Below, in pieces: positions 10,369-20,173 of a DNA stretch of 64,000 nucleotides. Location: contig JAITJZ010000064.1 of NCBI GenBank assembly GCA_031278655.1, positions 8,607 through 72,606 of the forward strand. Direction: 5' to 3'. Source of the DNA: Bifidobacteriaceae bacterium (lineage in GTDB: Bacteria; Actinomycetota; Actinomycetes; Actinomycetales; WQXJ01). The position numbers and the translations under genes were made by a program. Under the pieces are notes generated by a model, which saw nothing but the letters and a program-made list of their open reading frames with translations, was not told the DNA's origin and made no database searches. The first letter of the stretch is position 1; every line of letters starts with the position of its first letter.

Positions 10369-13300
10369 GTGACGACCTCACAGGCATGTTTTCCCGGTAT
10401 CCCCGAAGTGATCAATGGCAATGGCGCCGTCGCGCACGTTATGAAACACGTTTGCGGCGGCATGATCGGCTATCCGATCACACCTTCCACCGAGATCTCA
10501 GAGTTGTTTGAGGCGGCCCGCGCCGAGGGCCAGCTCAACGTCTGGGGGGCGCATCCGTTCTTCGTCGAGGCCGAGGGCGAGCACTCCGGCCAATCGGGCG
10601 CCCTGGGGGCGGCCCTGACCGGCGGCAACTACATCTCGAACGCCTCCAGCTCGCAGGGGGTCCTCTACGGCCTGGAGTCTCACTACGTCACCGTCGGCAA
10701 GAAGGTCGGCGGTTTTGTGCTGCATCTGGCGGCGCGCGTGGTCTCGAAGCACTCGCTCAACGTCATGGCCGGGCACGATGACGTCTACGCCCTGTTGCCG
10801 TCCGGCTACACAGTGCTGTTCGGGTCCTCGCCGCAGGAGGCGGCCGACCTGGCCGCCATCGCCTACCGGTTGGCCGGGCTGTCGCTGATCCCGGTCGCCA
10901 ACACCATGGACGGGTTCGCCACCTCGCATGTCATGACGGAGGCGCGCCTGCCGGAACCGGCCCTGCTGCGCGCCTATTTGCCGGACCCGGCCGGGCGGAT
11001 TGACTGCCCGACTGTCGCCCAGGCGATCTTGTTCGGGGCCAAGGGCCGGATGTTCCAACTGGGGCAGTACTTGGACCGGCACGCGGCTGATTTCGAGGCC
11101 CCTGACCTGAGCGCGCTGCGCGCGCATCTGGCCTCCATGGCCGAGGCGGTCGAAGCCGACGACGCCGCCGAACTGGCCGCAGAGACAATGGTCTGGGTGC
11201 CGGAGGACCTGCGCGGGCAATGGCGGCGCCAGTGGCTCGGAGCGGACCGGCGCGGCACGCGCCAAGCGGTTCCCGCCCTGGTGGACCCGCACAATCCGGG
11301 TTTGACCGGCCCGGTCCAGAACCAACCGGACTTCCAGGCCGGCTCGGCCGACCACCGCGCCCACTTCGCCGCCGACGTGCCGGCGCTGGCCCGCCAGGCC
11401 ATGATCGAGTACGCCGCGCTGACCGGGCGCGAGTACAGCCCGGTCATGGCTTACGGCTGCGAGGACGCCGATTTCGTGATGGTCGGCCTGGGCTCGATCA
11501 CCGATGACGTCCGCGCCGTCATCCCCCACCTGCGCGCCCAGGGGATCAAGGCCGGGGTGGCCTCGGTCAAGCTGCTCCAGCCGTTCCCCGAGGCGGAGTT
11601 CGTCCAGGCCGTCGGCTCGGCCAAGGCCGTGATGGTCTTGGAGCGCTCCGACGACACGGCCCTGACCCGGTTGACGACGCAGGCGTTGTTCCGGGCCGCC
11701 GCCGGGCAGTTGCTGCCCGATGCCGCGCGCCTGGCCGCCGCTCCCAAGGTGACGACCGCGATTTTCGGTTTGGGAGGCCACGACGTCCAGCCCCGCCACT
11801 TGGTCGCCGCCTTCAAGGCGATGGCGGACGGCTCCGCCGCGGACGTGGTCTACCTGGGCTCGCAGTTCTTCGATGAGCAGCCGCCGCCGGCCCTGGCCGG
11901 CGTCCACGACCAGTTGCGCGCCGCCTACCCCGAGACCGTCAGGATGGGGTTGGCGACTGAGGACAACCCGTCGCTGCTGCCGCCGGGCGCGCTCAGAATC
12001 CGTTTCCATTCGGTTGGCGGCTACGGCACCGTCGCCACCGGCAAACTGCTGACGGACATCTTGTCCGGTGTGCTGTCGATGCACTCGAAATCGGCCCCCA
12101 AGTACGGCTCCGAGAAATCCGGCGCGGCCACCAACTACTACATCACGCTGTCGCCGGAGCCGGTCTTGTTGACGAACGCGGAACTCGAGGACGTGGACGT
12201 CGTCATCTCACCCGACCACCAGGTCTTTGTCCACACCAATCCGTTGAAGGGCCTGGCCGAGGGCGGCACTTTCATCATGCAGTCTGACCAGGCGCCGCTC
12301 GCGGTCTGGCGTTCGCTGCCGGCGCACGCGCGCCGCGCCATCCGCCAGCGGCAGATCAAGTTCCTGGTGGTCGACGCCTTCGCCGTGGCCAAGAAGCACG
12401 CGCCCAGCCCGGAGTTGGAGACCCGGATGATGGGCATCGCCTTCATCGGGGCGATGATCGGCCACGTCGAGGCGGTGGCCGGCGGCGCCGGCCAGGACGC
12501 GGTCGAGGCCAAGGTCCGCGAGCAGATCGAATACAAATTCGGCCGCAAGGGCCAGGCGGTCGTGGATGGCAACATGGCGGTCATCAAGGACGGCTTGGCC
12601 TCGACCCGACTGGTCGACCACTCCCAGCCGGAGTTCGCCGAGGACCAGGCGCCGGCGGCCCGCGCCCGGGCCAGGTCGGTGGCGCTGTCCGCCGCCATGT
12701 GCCCGGCGGCCGCCGAGTCCCGCCCGGCCGCCCTCTTCGACCCGGCTTATTACGAGGACCTGGTGGCGGCCCCGTTCCGGCGGGGCACCATAGCCGAGGC
12801 CCCCGTCTTGCCGGGGGCTGGCCTGTTCATGCCGATCGCCTCCGGGGCCAACAAGGACAAGGGCGTCTTCCGGCGCCAAACGCCGGTCTTCAACCCGGAT
12901 ATTTGCACGGGCTGCCTCGAGTGCGCGCTGGCCTGCCCGGATACGGCCATCCCCAATCAGGTCCATGAGATCCGCGATCTTTTGGCGGCGGCCGTGGCCG
13001 CCGCCAACCTCACTCCCAGCCGGGCCGAGGCCCTGGCCCCGCACGTGTTGGACTGGGCGGACGCCATCCGCCAGGCCTACCGCCTGGACCCGGAGCTGCG
13101 CGACCTTGGCGACGCCGCCCGCCGCGCCGCCGCCGGCTTGGCCGCGCCGGCGGTCGACCGGGTGACGGAGGCGGTGGTGGCGGCCTTGACGCAGTTCCCG
13201 GCCGCCCGGACGCGGCCCTTCTTCGATTCGGTCGAAGCTTCCGAATCCGGGCGCGGCGCGCTTTTCAGCGCCACCGTCGATCCTTGGAAGTGCACCGGCT

Positions 13301-15483
13301 GCCTTCAATGCGTCGACGTCTGCGGGCCCTCGGCCCTGGTGGCGGTCGATCAGACGGCCGCCAGCGCCGACTTGCTTGAGACCCGCTTCGAGCGGCTGGG
13401 CCAACTGCCTGATTCCCCGAAGCGGTTCCTTGATGGCGCCACGGACATCGACGGCGACGTCAAACGCCTGCTCCTGGACCATGACGCCTATTACGCCATG
13501 ACCGGCGGCCACGGCGCCTGCCGCGGCTGCGGCGAGGTCACGGCCTTGCGCCTGGCCACCACCGCCGCCCACGCCGTCGGCGAGGGCCGCCGGGCTGAGC
13601 ACGTCAAGGAATTGGAGGCGCTGATCGCGGACCTGACGGCCAAGGCCGACTCGATCCTGGCGGGCGCCGCCGCCAACGCCGCCCGGGGCCGCGCTGGGAC
13701 CGGCGCGACGGCATCGGACAAAGACACCGACAAAGACGCCGACAAAGACACCGGCAACAACACCGACAACGACGCGGCCGCGCGCCTGGCCCACCTGAAC
13801 GAACTGATCGCCGTCCTGGAGGCGCGGCTCTACCTCTACGAGGGCGGCCCCACCGGGCGCGGGCCGGCCACCACGGTCATCGCCAACTCGACCGGCTGTT
13901 CCTCCGTCTACGCCTCGACCATGCCGTTCACGCCTTACACCGACCCCTGGGTGAACTCCCTCTTCCAGGACGCGCAGCCGCTGGCGGTCGGCATCTACGA
14001 GGGCTTGGTGTCCCAGTTGGTCCCCGAGGTCCGCGCGACGCGGGCGGCGCGGCTCGAACTCGCGGACGCCTTCGACCCGGAGCGCGACGGCCGGCGCCTG
14101 GCGACGATCTCCTGGCGCGACTTCACTCCCGCCGAATTGCGGCTGCTGCCCGCCATGCTGACCGTCTCCGGCGACGGCGCCGCCTTCGACATCGGCTTCG
14201 GGGCCATGTCGCGGGTCCTGGCCGGGGGCACGCCGATCAAGGCGATCGTGCTCAACACCGGCGCCTACTCCAACACCGGCGGCCAAGCCTCGACCGCCTC
14301 ATACACCGGCCAGGACGCTGACCTGGCCCGTTACGGCAAAGCCCACGCCGGCAAACTCGAGTCGCGCAAGGAATTGGGGCTGCTGGCCTCCTTCCACCCG
14401 CGCGTCTTCGCCTGCTCGGTCTCGACCGCGCTGCACTCGCACTTCCTGGCCACCACCCTGGCGATGCTCGATTACCAGGACGGCTCGGCCGTGATGGAGG
14501 TCTACACCCCCTGCAGCACCGAGAACGGAATCGCCGAGGACCTCTCCAACGCCCGCTCGCGCCTGGCCGTCGAATCGCGCATGGCGCCGCTGTTTGTGCA
14601 CGACCCGCGCCGCGGCCCGAGCCTGCCGGAGCGCTTCTCGCTCGACGGCAACCCGGAGCCGAACGCGCTTTGGACCACCCGCACTTTGCAGTACACCGAT
14701 GACGCCGGCCAGGTGGCGTTGTTGCAGACGCCGCTGACGCCGGCCGACTTCGCCTTCGGTGAGGTCCGGTTCGCCAAGCAGTTCCGCCGTTTGGCGCCGG
14801 AGCAGGCCGCCGATGCCGTGCCCATCGCCGAGTATGTCGAGTTGCCTCACGATCAACGGGCCGGGCTGACACCTTTCATTTGGGCGGCCGACCGGAACGG
14901 GCGCCTGGTCCAGGTCGCCTGCCTGCCCGGGGTGGTGGGCCTGGTCGAGGACCGGCGGCACTATTGGCGGACGCTGCAATTCTTGGCCGGCCAGCGCGAC
15001 GCGGAACTCTCGGCCGCGCATCGGGCCGAGGTCGCGGACCTGACCGCACGCTATGAGCAGGCCGTCGCCGCCCGCGAGGATTCGCTCGATCAGATCGCCG
15101 CCGCCATGGCCGAGTTGGCCAGTTCGGCTGAGGCGGCGCCGCAGGCGCTCGGGTTGGGCGGGTTCGGCTTTGGCGGCGCTGTTGGCGGCGCTGTCGCTGG
15201 CGGCGGGGCTGCCGCGGCGGCGGGCGGGGCTGCCGGCGGCGGGGCGGCGGCCGGGCGGCCGATCTGGCTCGACCCGGCCGACGAGCCGACCTGCAACGAC
15301 TGCGGCACCTGCTACCAGGAACTGCCGCAACTGTTCGAGAAGACGACCATCGTGGTCGACGGCGAGGCCCGCGTCGTGGCCCGGATGATCGACGGCGCCC
15401 TCGACGGGATCGACGTCACCCCCGAACTGACCAAGCGGATGGGCAGGGTCAAGGCCAACTGCGACGCGGAGATCATCAAGTGA
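10369..15483 (+). CDS. Enlarged pyruvate/2-oxoacid:ferredoxin oxidoreductase (PFOR-like, ~1704 aa) with C-terminal fused ferredoxin
   Basis: GYPITPST; gamma domain FHSVGGYG...YGSEKSG; CTGCLECALACP and CTGCLQCVDVC; CRGCGE, NSTGCSS, GDGAAFDIG, NTGAYSNTGGQ; C-terminal CNDCGTC...C. GTG start after GGAAGG RBS. Confidence 0.9.
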   Translation: MTTSQACFPGIPEVINGNGAVAHVMKHVCGGMIGYPITPSTEISELFEAARAEGQLNVWGAHPFFVEAEGEHSGQSGALGAALTGGNYISNASSSQGVLYGLESHYVTVGKKVGGFVLHLAARVVSKHSLNVMAGHDDVYALLPSGYTVLFGSSPQEAADLAAIAYRLAGLSLIPVANTMDGFATSHVMTEARLPEPALLRAYLPDPAGRIDCPTVAQAILFGAKGRMFQLGQYLDRHAADFEAPDLSALRAHLASMAEAVEADDAAELAAETMVWVPEDLRGQWRRQWLGADRRGTRQAVPALVDPHNPGLTGPVQNQPDFQAGSADHRAHFAADVPALARQAMIEYAALTGREYSPVMAYGCEDADFVMVGLGSITDDVRAVIPHLRAQGIKAGVASVKLLQPFPEAEFVQAVGSAKAVMVLERSDDTALTRLTTQALFRAAAGQLLPDAARLAAAPKVTTAIFGLGGHDVQPRHLVAAFKAMADGSAADVVYLGSQFFDEQPPPALAGVHDQLRAAYPETVRMGLATEDNPSLLPPGALRIRFHSVGGYGTVATGKLLTDILSGVLSMHSKSAPKYGSEKSGAATNYYITLSPEPVLLTNAELEDVDVVISPDHQVFVHTNPLKGLAEGGTFIMQSDQAPLAVWRSLPAHARRAIRQRQIKFLVVDAFAVAKKHAPSPELETRMMGIAFIGAMIGHVEAVAGGAGQDAVEAKVREQIEYKFGRKGQAVVDGNMAVIKDGLASTRLVDHSQPEFAEDQAPAARARARSVALSAAMCPAAAESRPAALFDPAYYEDLVAAPFRRGTIAEAPVLPGAGLFMPIASGANKDKGVFRRQTPVFNPDICTGCLECALACPDTAIPNQVHEIRDLLAAAVAAANLTPSRAEALAPHVLDWADAIRQAYRLDPELRDLGDAARRAAAGLAAPAVDRVTEAVVAALTQFPAARTRPFFDSVEASESGRGALFSATVDPWKCTGCLQCVDVCGPSALVAVDQTAASADLLETRFERLGQLPDSPKRFLDGATDIDGDVKRLLLDHDAYYAMTGGHGACRGCGEVTALRLATTAAHAVGEGRRAEHVKELEALIADLTAKADSILAGAAANAARGRAGTGATASDKDTDKDADKDTGNNTDNDAAARLAHLNELIAVLEARLYLYEGGPTGRGPATTVIANSTGCSSVYASTMPFTPYTDPWVNSLFQDAQPLAVGIYEGLVSQLVPEVRATRAARLELADAFDPERDGRRLATISWRDFTPAELRLLPAMLTVSGDGAAFDIGFGAMSRVLAGGTPIKAIVLNTGAYSNTGGQASTASYTGQDADLARYGKAHAGKLESRKELGLLASFHPRVFACSVSTALHSHFLATTLAMLDYQDGSAVMEVYTPCSTENGIAEDLSNARSRLAVESRMAPLFVHDPRRGPSLPERFSLDGNPEPNALWTTRTLQYTDDAGQVALLQTPLTPADFAFGEVRFAKQFRRLAPEQAADAVPIAEYVELPHDQRAGLTPFIWAADRNGRLVQVACLPGVVGLVEDRRHYWRTLQFLAGQRDAELSAAHRAEVADLTARYEQAVAAREDSLDQIAAAMAELASSAEAAPQALGLGGFGFGGAVGGAVAGGGAAAAAGGAAGGGAAAGRPIWLDPADEPTCNDCGTCYQELPQLFEKTTIVVDGEARVVARMIDGALDGIDVTPELTKRMGRVKANCDAEIIK

Positions 15484-18314
15484 GCCGCCCGGTGGCCGAA
15501 TGGGCCAGCGCCCGCCAAGGGCTCGACGCCTCGCTGAACAAACTCCGCCAACTCGAGTCCAGCCCCGAGGTCGCCTCCTTCAACGGCCAATTGAAGGTCC
15601 TGGAGCGGCGTTTGGCCGCCAACCCGCGCGTCTTCCGCGACCTGTTCATAGCCGACGGCGTGGCGGCGGTGGCGGCGGCCTTCAGGGGCGAGGAACTGAC
15701 CGGCGAGTTCACCAAGCGGCTGTGGGCCATGCTCCAGCGCGAGGACGACACCTCGACCCTGATAATGCGCTTCATCTGGAACCTGCCGGTGGGCAAGAAG
15801 CGCATGTTCATGCGGGCGCTCGACACCCATCTGCGCGACGACTACCCCATGTTCGCCGGGCTCAGCGACGGCTGGCCGGCCGGGAACGGGATTGAGCCCT
15901 ACATCCGCTCGCCCGAGGTCCGCTCCCAGGATTTCGAACTGGTCAACAAGGGCTACCTGGGTTACATGGACCTGGGCCACACCCGCCGCGACGTCGATCT
16001 GTTCGTCTGGTTGGAGGCGATCCGCGACAAGCAATGCGCCGAGGCGCCCTGCGAACTCGGTCAATTCCTGGCCGAGCACCGGGCGCCCAAAGGCGGCTGC
16101 CCGGTGCGCATCCACATCCCCGAAATGTTCGCGCTGATCGGCTGCGGCCGCTTCGCCGACGCCCTGGCGATGCTCGAGAAAGCCAACCCGCTGCCGAATG
16201 TGACCGGCCGGGTCTGCCCCCAAGAACTCCAATGCCAAGGCGTCTGCCTGCACAAACACCCTATGTCAATCGGCCAGGTGGAATGGTTCCTGCCAGAGCG
16301 GGACAAACTGGTCGACCCGGACGCCGCCCGCCGGCGCTTCGCCGGCCGCGCCGACCCGTGGTCCAGCGCCGTCCTGCCGCCGGTGGCGGTGGTGGGCTCG
16401 GGGCCGTCCGGCCTCATCAGCGCCTACCTGCTGGCGGTTGAGGGCTTCCCGGTGACGGTCTTCGAGGCTTTCCACGAACTCGGCGGCGTGCTGCGCTACG
16501 GCATCCCCGAGTTCCGCCTTCCGAACCAGTTGATCGATGACGTGGTGGCCAAGATTCGGCTGCTCGGCGGGCGCTTTGTGACCAACTTCGTGGTCGGCAA
16601 GACCGCTGCCCTGGCCGACCTGCGGGCGGCCGGTTTCTGGAAGATCTTTGTCGGCACCGGGGCCGGCCTGCCCAAGTTCACCGGCGTGCCGGGCGAGCAC
16701 CTGCTCGGGGTCATGTCCGCCAACGAATTCCTCACCCGGGTCAACCTGATGCAGGCCCACCGCCAGGGGGCGGAGACGCCGCTGCCGGCCGTGCGCGACC
16801 GCCACGTCATCGTCATCGGCGGCGGCAACACGGCCATGGACGCCGCCCGGACCGCCAAACGGCTGGGCGGCGACGTCACCATTGTTTATCGGCGCACCCA
16901 GGCGGAGATGCCGGCCCGGGTCGAGGAACTGGAGCACGCCCTGGAGGAAGGCGTCAAACTGGCGGTGCTGCGCTCCCCCAGTCAGTTCACAGGCGACCCG
17001 GAGACCGGCTTCGTCCGCTCCGCCAGCGTCGATGTCATGGAGCTGGGCGAGCCGGACGAGTCTGGGCGGCGCCGCCCGGTGCGGACCGGGCGCAGCGAGA
17101 CAATGCCGGTCGACTTGGCCATCATGGCCTTGGGCAACGCCGCCAACCCGATCATCAAGGACTCCGAGCCGCGCCTGGAGGTCTCCCGCTGGGGCACCAT
17201 CAACCTGGGCGGGGCGGACACCCAGCAAACCACCCTCGAGGGTGTGTTCACCGGCGGCGACGCCGCCCGCGGCGGCTCGACCGCCATCATGGCGGCCGGC
17301 GACGGCCAAGCGGCGGCCAGGGAAATCCTGCGGCTGACCGAGGCAGCCGGCGCCGGCGGCGCCGACCCGGCTGATGTGGCGGCGGCGGTGGGCTCGGCCC
17401 TGGCCTACACCGAGGCGGCGGCCGCCGCCCCCGTGATCCTGGCCCGGCGGGAACTGACACCCGGGATCGTGGAGTTCGAGGTCCGCGCCCCGGCGGTGGC
17501 GGCCTCGGCCCAGGCTGGCCAATTCGTGCGCGTCCTGCCGTGGACCGGCGGCGAACTGATCCCCTTGACGCTGGCCGATTGGGACACAGCCGCCGGGACG
17601 GTCACGCTGGTGGTGCAAGACATGGGCGCGTCCTCGCACAGGATCAACCAACTCGCCGTCGGGGACGCCTTCGCCGGGATCGCCGGCCCCCTCGGGCGGC
17701 CGTCTGACCTGCATCATTACGAGGCCGACGAAACAGTCGTGTTCACCGCCGGCGGCCTCGGCCTGCCGCCCGTCTACCCGATCATGCGCCAGCATCTGCG
17801 CCTCGGCAACCACGTCACCCTGATCTCGGGCTTCCGCTCCCGGGAACTCATGTTCTGGGACCAGGACCACGAGCGGGTCGGCCGCCTGCAGACCGAGTTC
17901 GGACAGCAGTTGGACGTCATCTACGCCGCCAACGACGGCTCCTTCGGGATCAAAGGCTTCGTCACCACGCCGCTGGCGGAAATGCTCGAAGCCGAGCGGG
18001 CTGGAACCGCCGCCCGCCGGATCGCGGAAGTCGTCGCCATCGGACCCCCCCTGATGATGCGCGCGGTCTCCGACCTGACCAAGCCCTACGGCACCCCCAC
18101 CGTCGCGTCGCTGAACTCGATCATGGTCGACGCCACCGGCATGTGCGGCGCCTGCATGGTCCCGGTCTTGGCCGACGGCAAACTGGTGCGCAAACACGCC
18201 TGCATCGACGGGCCGGAGATCGACGCGCACACAATCGACTGGGACAAGTTCCTGCCCCGCTTCAACCTGTTCAAAGCCCAAGAAGCCGAAGCCCGCCGCC
18301 GCGTCGGCATCTGA
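15480..18314 (+). CDS. Single-chain NfnB(GltD/SudA-like)-NfnA(FNR/SudB-like) Fe-S flavoprotein with extra N-terminal domain
   Basis: GCP..IHIP, GRVCPQELQCQGVC, VGSGPSG, GGGNTAMD, TGGD; then GQFV, PLTLAD, GPLG, GGLG, IGP..MM, MVDATGMCGAC...ACIDGPE; GTGA overlap with the PFOR stop. Confidence 0.85.
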   Translation: MSRPVAEWASARQGLDASLNKLRQLESSPEVASFNGQLKVLERRLAANPRVFRDLFIADGVAAVAAAFRGEELTGEFTKRLWAMLQREDDTSTLIMRFIWNLPVGKKRMFMRALDTHLRDDYPMFAGLSDGWPAGNGIEPYIRSPEVRSQDFELVNKGYLGYMDLGHTRRDVDLFVWLEAIRDKQCAEAPCELGQFLAEHRAPKGGCPVRIHIPEMFALIGCGRFADALAMLEKANPLPNVTGRVCPQELQCQGVCLHKHPMSIGQVEWFLPERDKLVDPDAARRRFAGRADPWSSAVLPPVAVVGSGPSGLISAYLLAVEGFPVTVFEAFHELGGVLRYGIPEFRLPNQLIDDVVAKIRLLGGRFVTNFVVGKTAALADLRAAGFWKIFVGTGAGLPKFTGVPGEHLLGVMSANEFLTRVNLMQAHRQGAETPLPAVRDRHVIVIGGGNTAMDAARTAKRLGGDVTIVYRRTQAEMPARVEELEHALEEGVKLAVLRSPSQFTGDPETGFVRSASVDVMELGEPDESGRRRPVRTGRSETMPVDLAIMALGNAANPIIKDSEPRLEVSRWGTINLGGADTQQTTLEGVFTGGDAARGGSTAIMAAGDGQAAAREILRLTEAAGAGGADPADVAAAVGSALAYTEAAAAAPVILARRELTPGIVEFEVRAPAVAASAQAGQFVRVLPWTGGELIPLTLADWDTAAGTVTLVVQDMGASSHRINQLAVGDAFAGIAGPLGRPSDLHHYEADETVVFTAGGLGLPPVYPIMRQHLRLGNHVTLISGFRSRELMFWDQDHERVGRLQTEFGQQLDVIYAANDGSFGIKGFVTTPLAEMLEAERAGTAARRIAEVVAIGPPLMMRAVSDLTKPYGTPTVASLNSIMVDATGMCGACMVPVLADGKLVRKHACIDGPEIDAHTIDWDKFLPRFNLFKAQEAEARRRVGI

Positions 18315-18358
18315 CGCCTCGCCCCGATGCTCGACGCGCCTTTGGACTTGCGACGCCA

Positions 18359-19957
18359 TTACCTGATGATCAGGTGCCCAGCGCGCTCCGTGTACCCCGA
18401 AAGGTTGTTCATCCGCAACTGGTCCAACCGACCGGCGAACCACATCAGAAGCAAACTGGCCGCGCCCGCCAGACACACGCAGATAGTGCCCACAAGTGAA
18501 GCCGCGACCACGCCCACGTTAGTCACGTGCAGTGCCAACACCAATGTGGACCACCCGCAACAGATCATCGACCAACACACGATCCACCTCGGCCAACGCA
18601 GCAGTTCGGTGCGCGCCGGGTGCTCGCCTTCCCGAGCCGTGAACCCTAGAAAGACCGTTAGCACGGCGGTCATAACTGGAACCACACTGGTGATTCCGTA
18701 GAATTTGTCAACCCTGCTCGTGCCCTTGGCCTGCTCGTCGATCAGGTCCAGGAATTTCTGCGCCTTCCAATCTCCTCCCAGCGCCTTCCCCACAAAATCC
18801 ACGGCGGCAGCGAGATTGTCATTGCCATGGAGGCGAACCCACTCAGCCGCGTCCGCCAACACGCTGTCTGTGCCAGCCTCGCGGAAGAACACCCACGCGA
18901 CGCAGAACCAAGCGATAGCGGCGGCCACCTGGGCCAAAATTCCCGGCACCAAAAAACGCGCCCCATCGGGCCTGATCCTCAAGCTGGCGTAAACCCCGCT
19001 GTTCGCCCCGATTCTCCGCGAAAAGTCCCTGGTGTACACCGTCGCTATAGCCGACGAGGACCTCGTTCGCACAGAGCCGACTGGCGACTCCCGCCGATTT
19101 CCGGCGACAGTCACGACGGGAACCGCTTGCGCGCTGATACGGGTTCCTGCCGGGGCGATGAATGAAACATACTCACGGGCTGCTCTGCCGACATTCGGCA
19201 GCGTCAGGCTTAGCAGCCCGCCCCGATAACCGAGCTTCTCCGTCCAACTGAGCGTCCGGCGCCACCCGCCTGAGCTGTTCCAATCGGTGTAACTGTAGGA
19301 GATTTGACGCACACCGGTCGGCCTCGAACCTATTGGCACGAGCGGCATGTAGTTGAACGTGAACTGCGTCAATAACGCTTCGAAGTCCTTGTGGTCCTTG
19401 AGCAATGTTTCCAATGGCGACCGGCCAAGGCGATCCTCGGTCTCCCACACGAAGAGGGGATCCCCCCGGCCTTGGTTCTCCAGCAATCGCTGGGTTTGCT
19501 CCCTGTCGGGAAGAATCCTGATGCTCTTCCATACCGAATCTCTGGCGGAACCCTGAAGCGGGGGCAAACGCTTGTCCTCAAGCACGCAGTCAAGCATGCC
19601 CAGGGCGATCTTAGAGTGACCTTCACTCTGCGCCATGACCAAAGGTCGGCCTGCGTCGTCGCGCACCTCCAAGTCAGTGAGGTTCTTCGTCAGGAACGCC
19701 AAGGGAAGCCACAGGGTCTGTCGCCGAGACAGCCCTGCTCTCCGCGCGCGCTCGGCGACATCGTCCATGTCGATGTCGAGGGTCACAGTTCTTTTCCAGC
19801 GGCTGACATCCAGCAACTCGATTGACTCCCGATGCCGCCAAATCCACGACGGGTCATCCACCAGGTTCCACATAAAGCGAGCGATCAACTGGCGTTGATA
19901 GGGCGGAGTCGGAGGCGGCTTCCCGAAAAGCTTGCCGCCTGAACGGGTTTCCGTCAT
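18359..19957 (-). CDS. Hypothetical protein: large soluble N-terminal domain plus about 4 C-terminal TM helices; lower GC
   Basis: 532-aa ORF with atypical codon usage; hydrophobic segments near the C-terminus; ATG directly follows the upstream TAA. Confidence 0.75.
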   Translation of the reverse strand: MTETRSGGKLFGKPPPTPPYQRQLIARFMWNLVDDPSWIWRHRESIELLDVSRWKRTVTLDIDMDDVAERARRAGLSRRQTLWLPLAFLTKNLTDLEVRDDAGRPLVMAQSEGHSKIALGMLDCVLEDKRLPPLQGSARDSVWKSIRILPDREQTQRLLENQGRGDPLFVWETEDRLGRSPLETLLKDHKDFEALLTQFTFNYMPLVPIGSRPTGVRQISYSYTDWNSSGGWRRTLSWTEKLGYRGGLLSLTLPNVGRAAREYVSFIAPAGTRISAQAVPVVTVAGNRRESPVGSVRTRSSSAIATVYTRDFSRRIGANSGVYASLRIRPDGARFLVPGILAQVAAAIAWFCVAWVFFREAGTDSVLADAAEWVRLHGNDNLAAAVDFVGKALGGDWKAQKFLDLIDEQAKGTSRVDKFYGITSVVPVMTAVLTVFLGFTAREGEHPARTELLRWPRWIVCWSMICCGWSTLVLALHVTNVGVVAASLVGTICVCLAGAASLLLMWFAGRLDQLRMNNLSGYTERAGHLIIR

Positions 19958-20173
19958 TTACAACTCAACAGGCGCCACAACGCTGCTCGCACCATCGCCG
20001 ACGGCGCCCAATTCCACGCTCCGCGACCCTGTGCCGCCAGCCTTCATCTGAATATCACCGATGAGGTAAGTGCGATCCAAGCCTCTGCGCTCGAGCTGTT
20101 TGCCGATGCTTCGGTCGCCGGCCTCGGGACTGACAAGCCGCGCGCGCAGCCACGGCATCATGTCAAGCGTCAC
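19958..20173 (-). CDS. Small hypothetical protein (71 aa)
   Basis: GGAGGAG RBS 6 nt before GTG; its TAA stop abuts the ATG of the 532-aa gene (TAAATG). Confidence 0.55.
   Translation of the reverse strand: MTLDMMPWLRARLVSPEAGDRSIGKQLERRGLDRTYLIGDIQMKAGGTGSRSVELGAVGDGASSVVAPVEL

Noticed and set aside
15480-18314. Calling this gene gltD (glutamate synthase small subunit)
   Set aside because: It carries a full FNR/[2Fe-2S] C-terminal module and is coupled to PFOR; gltB lies 15 kb away in a separate unit running off the window
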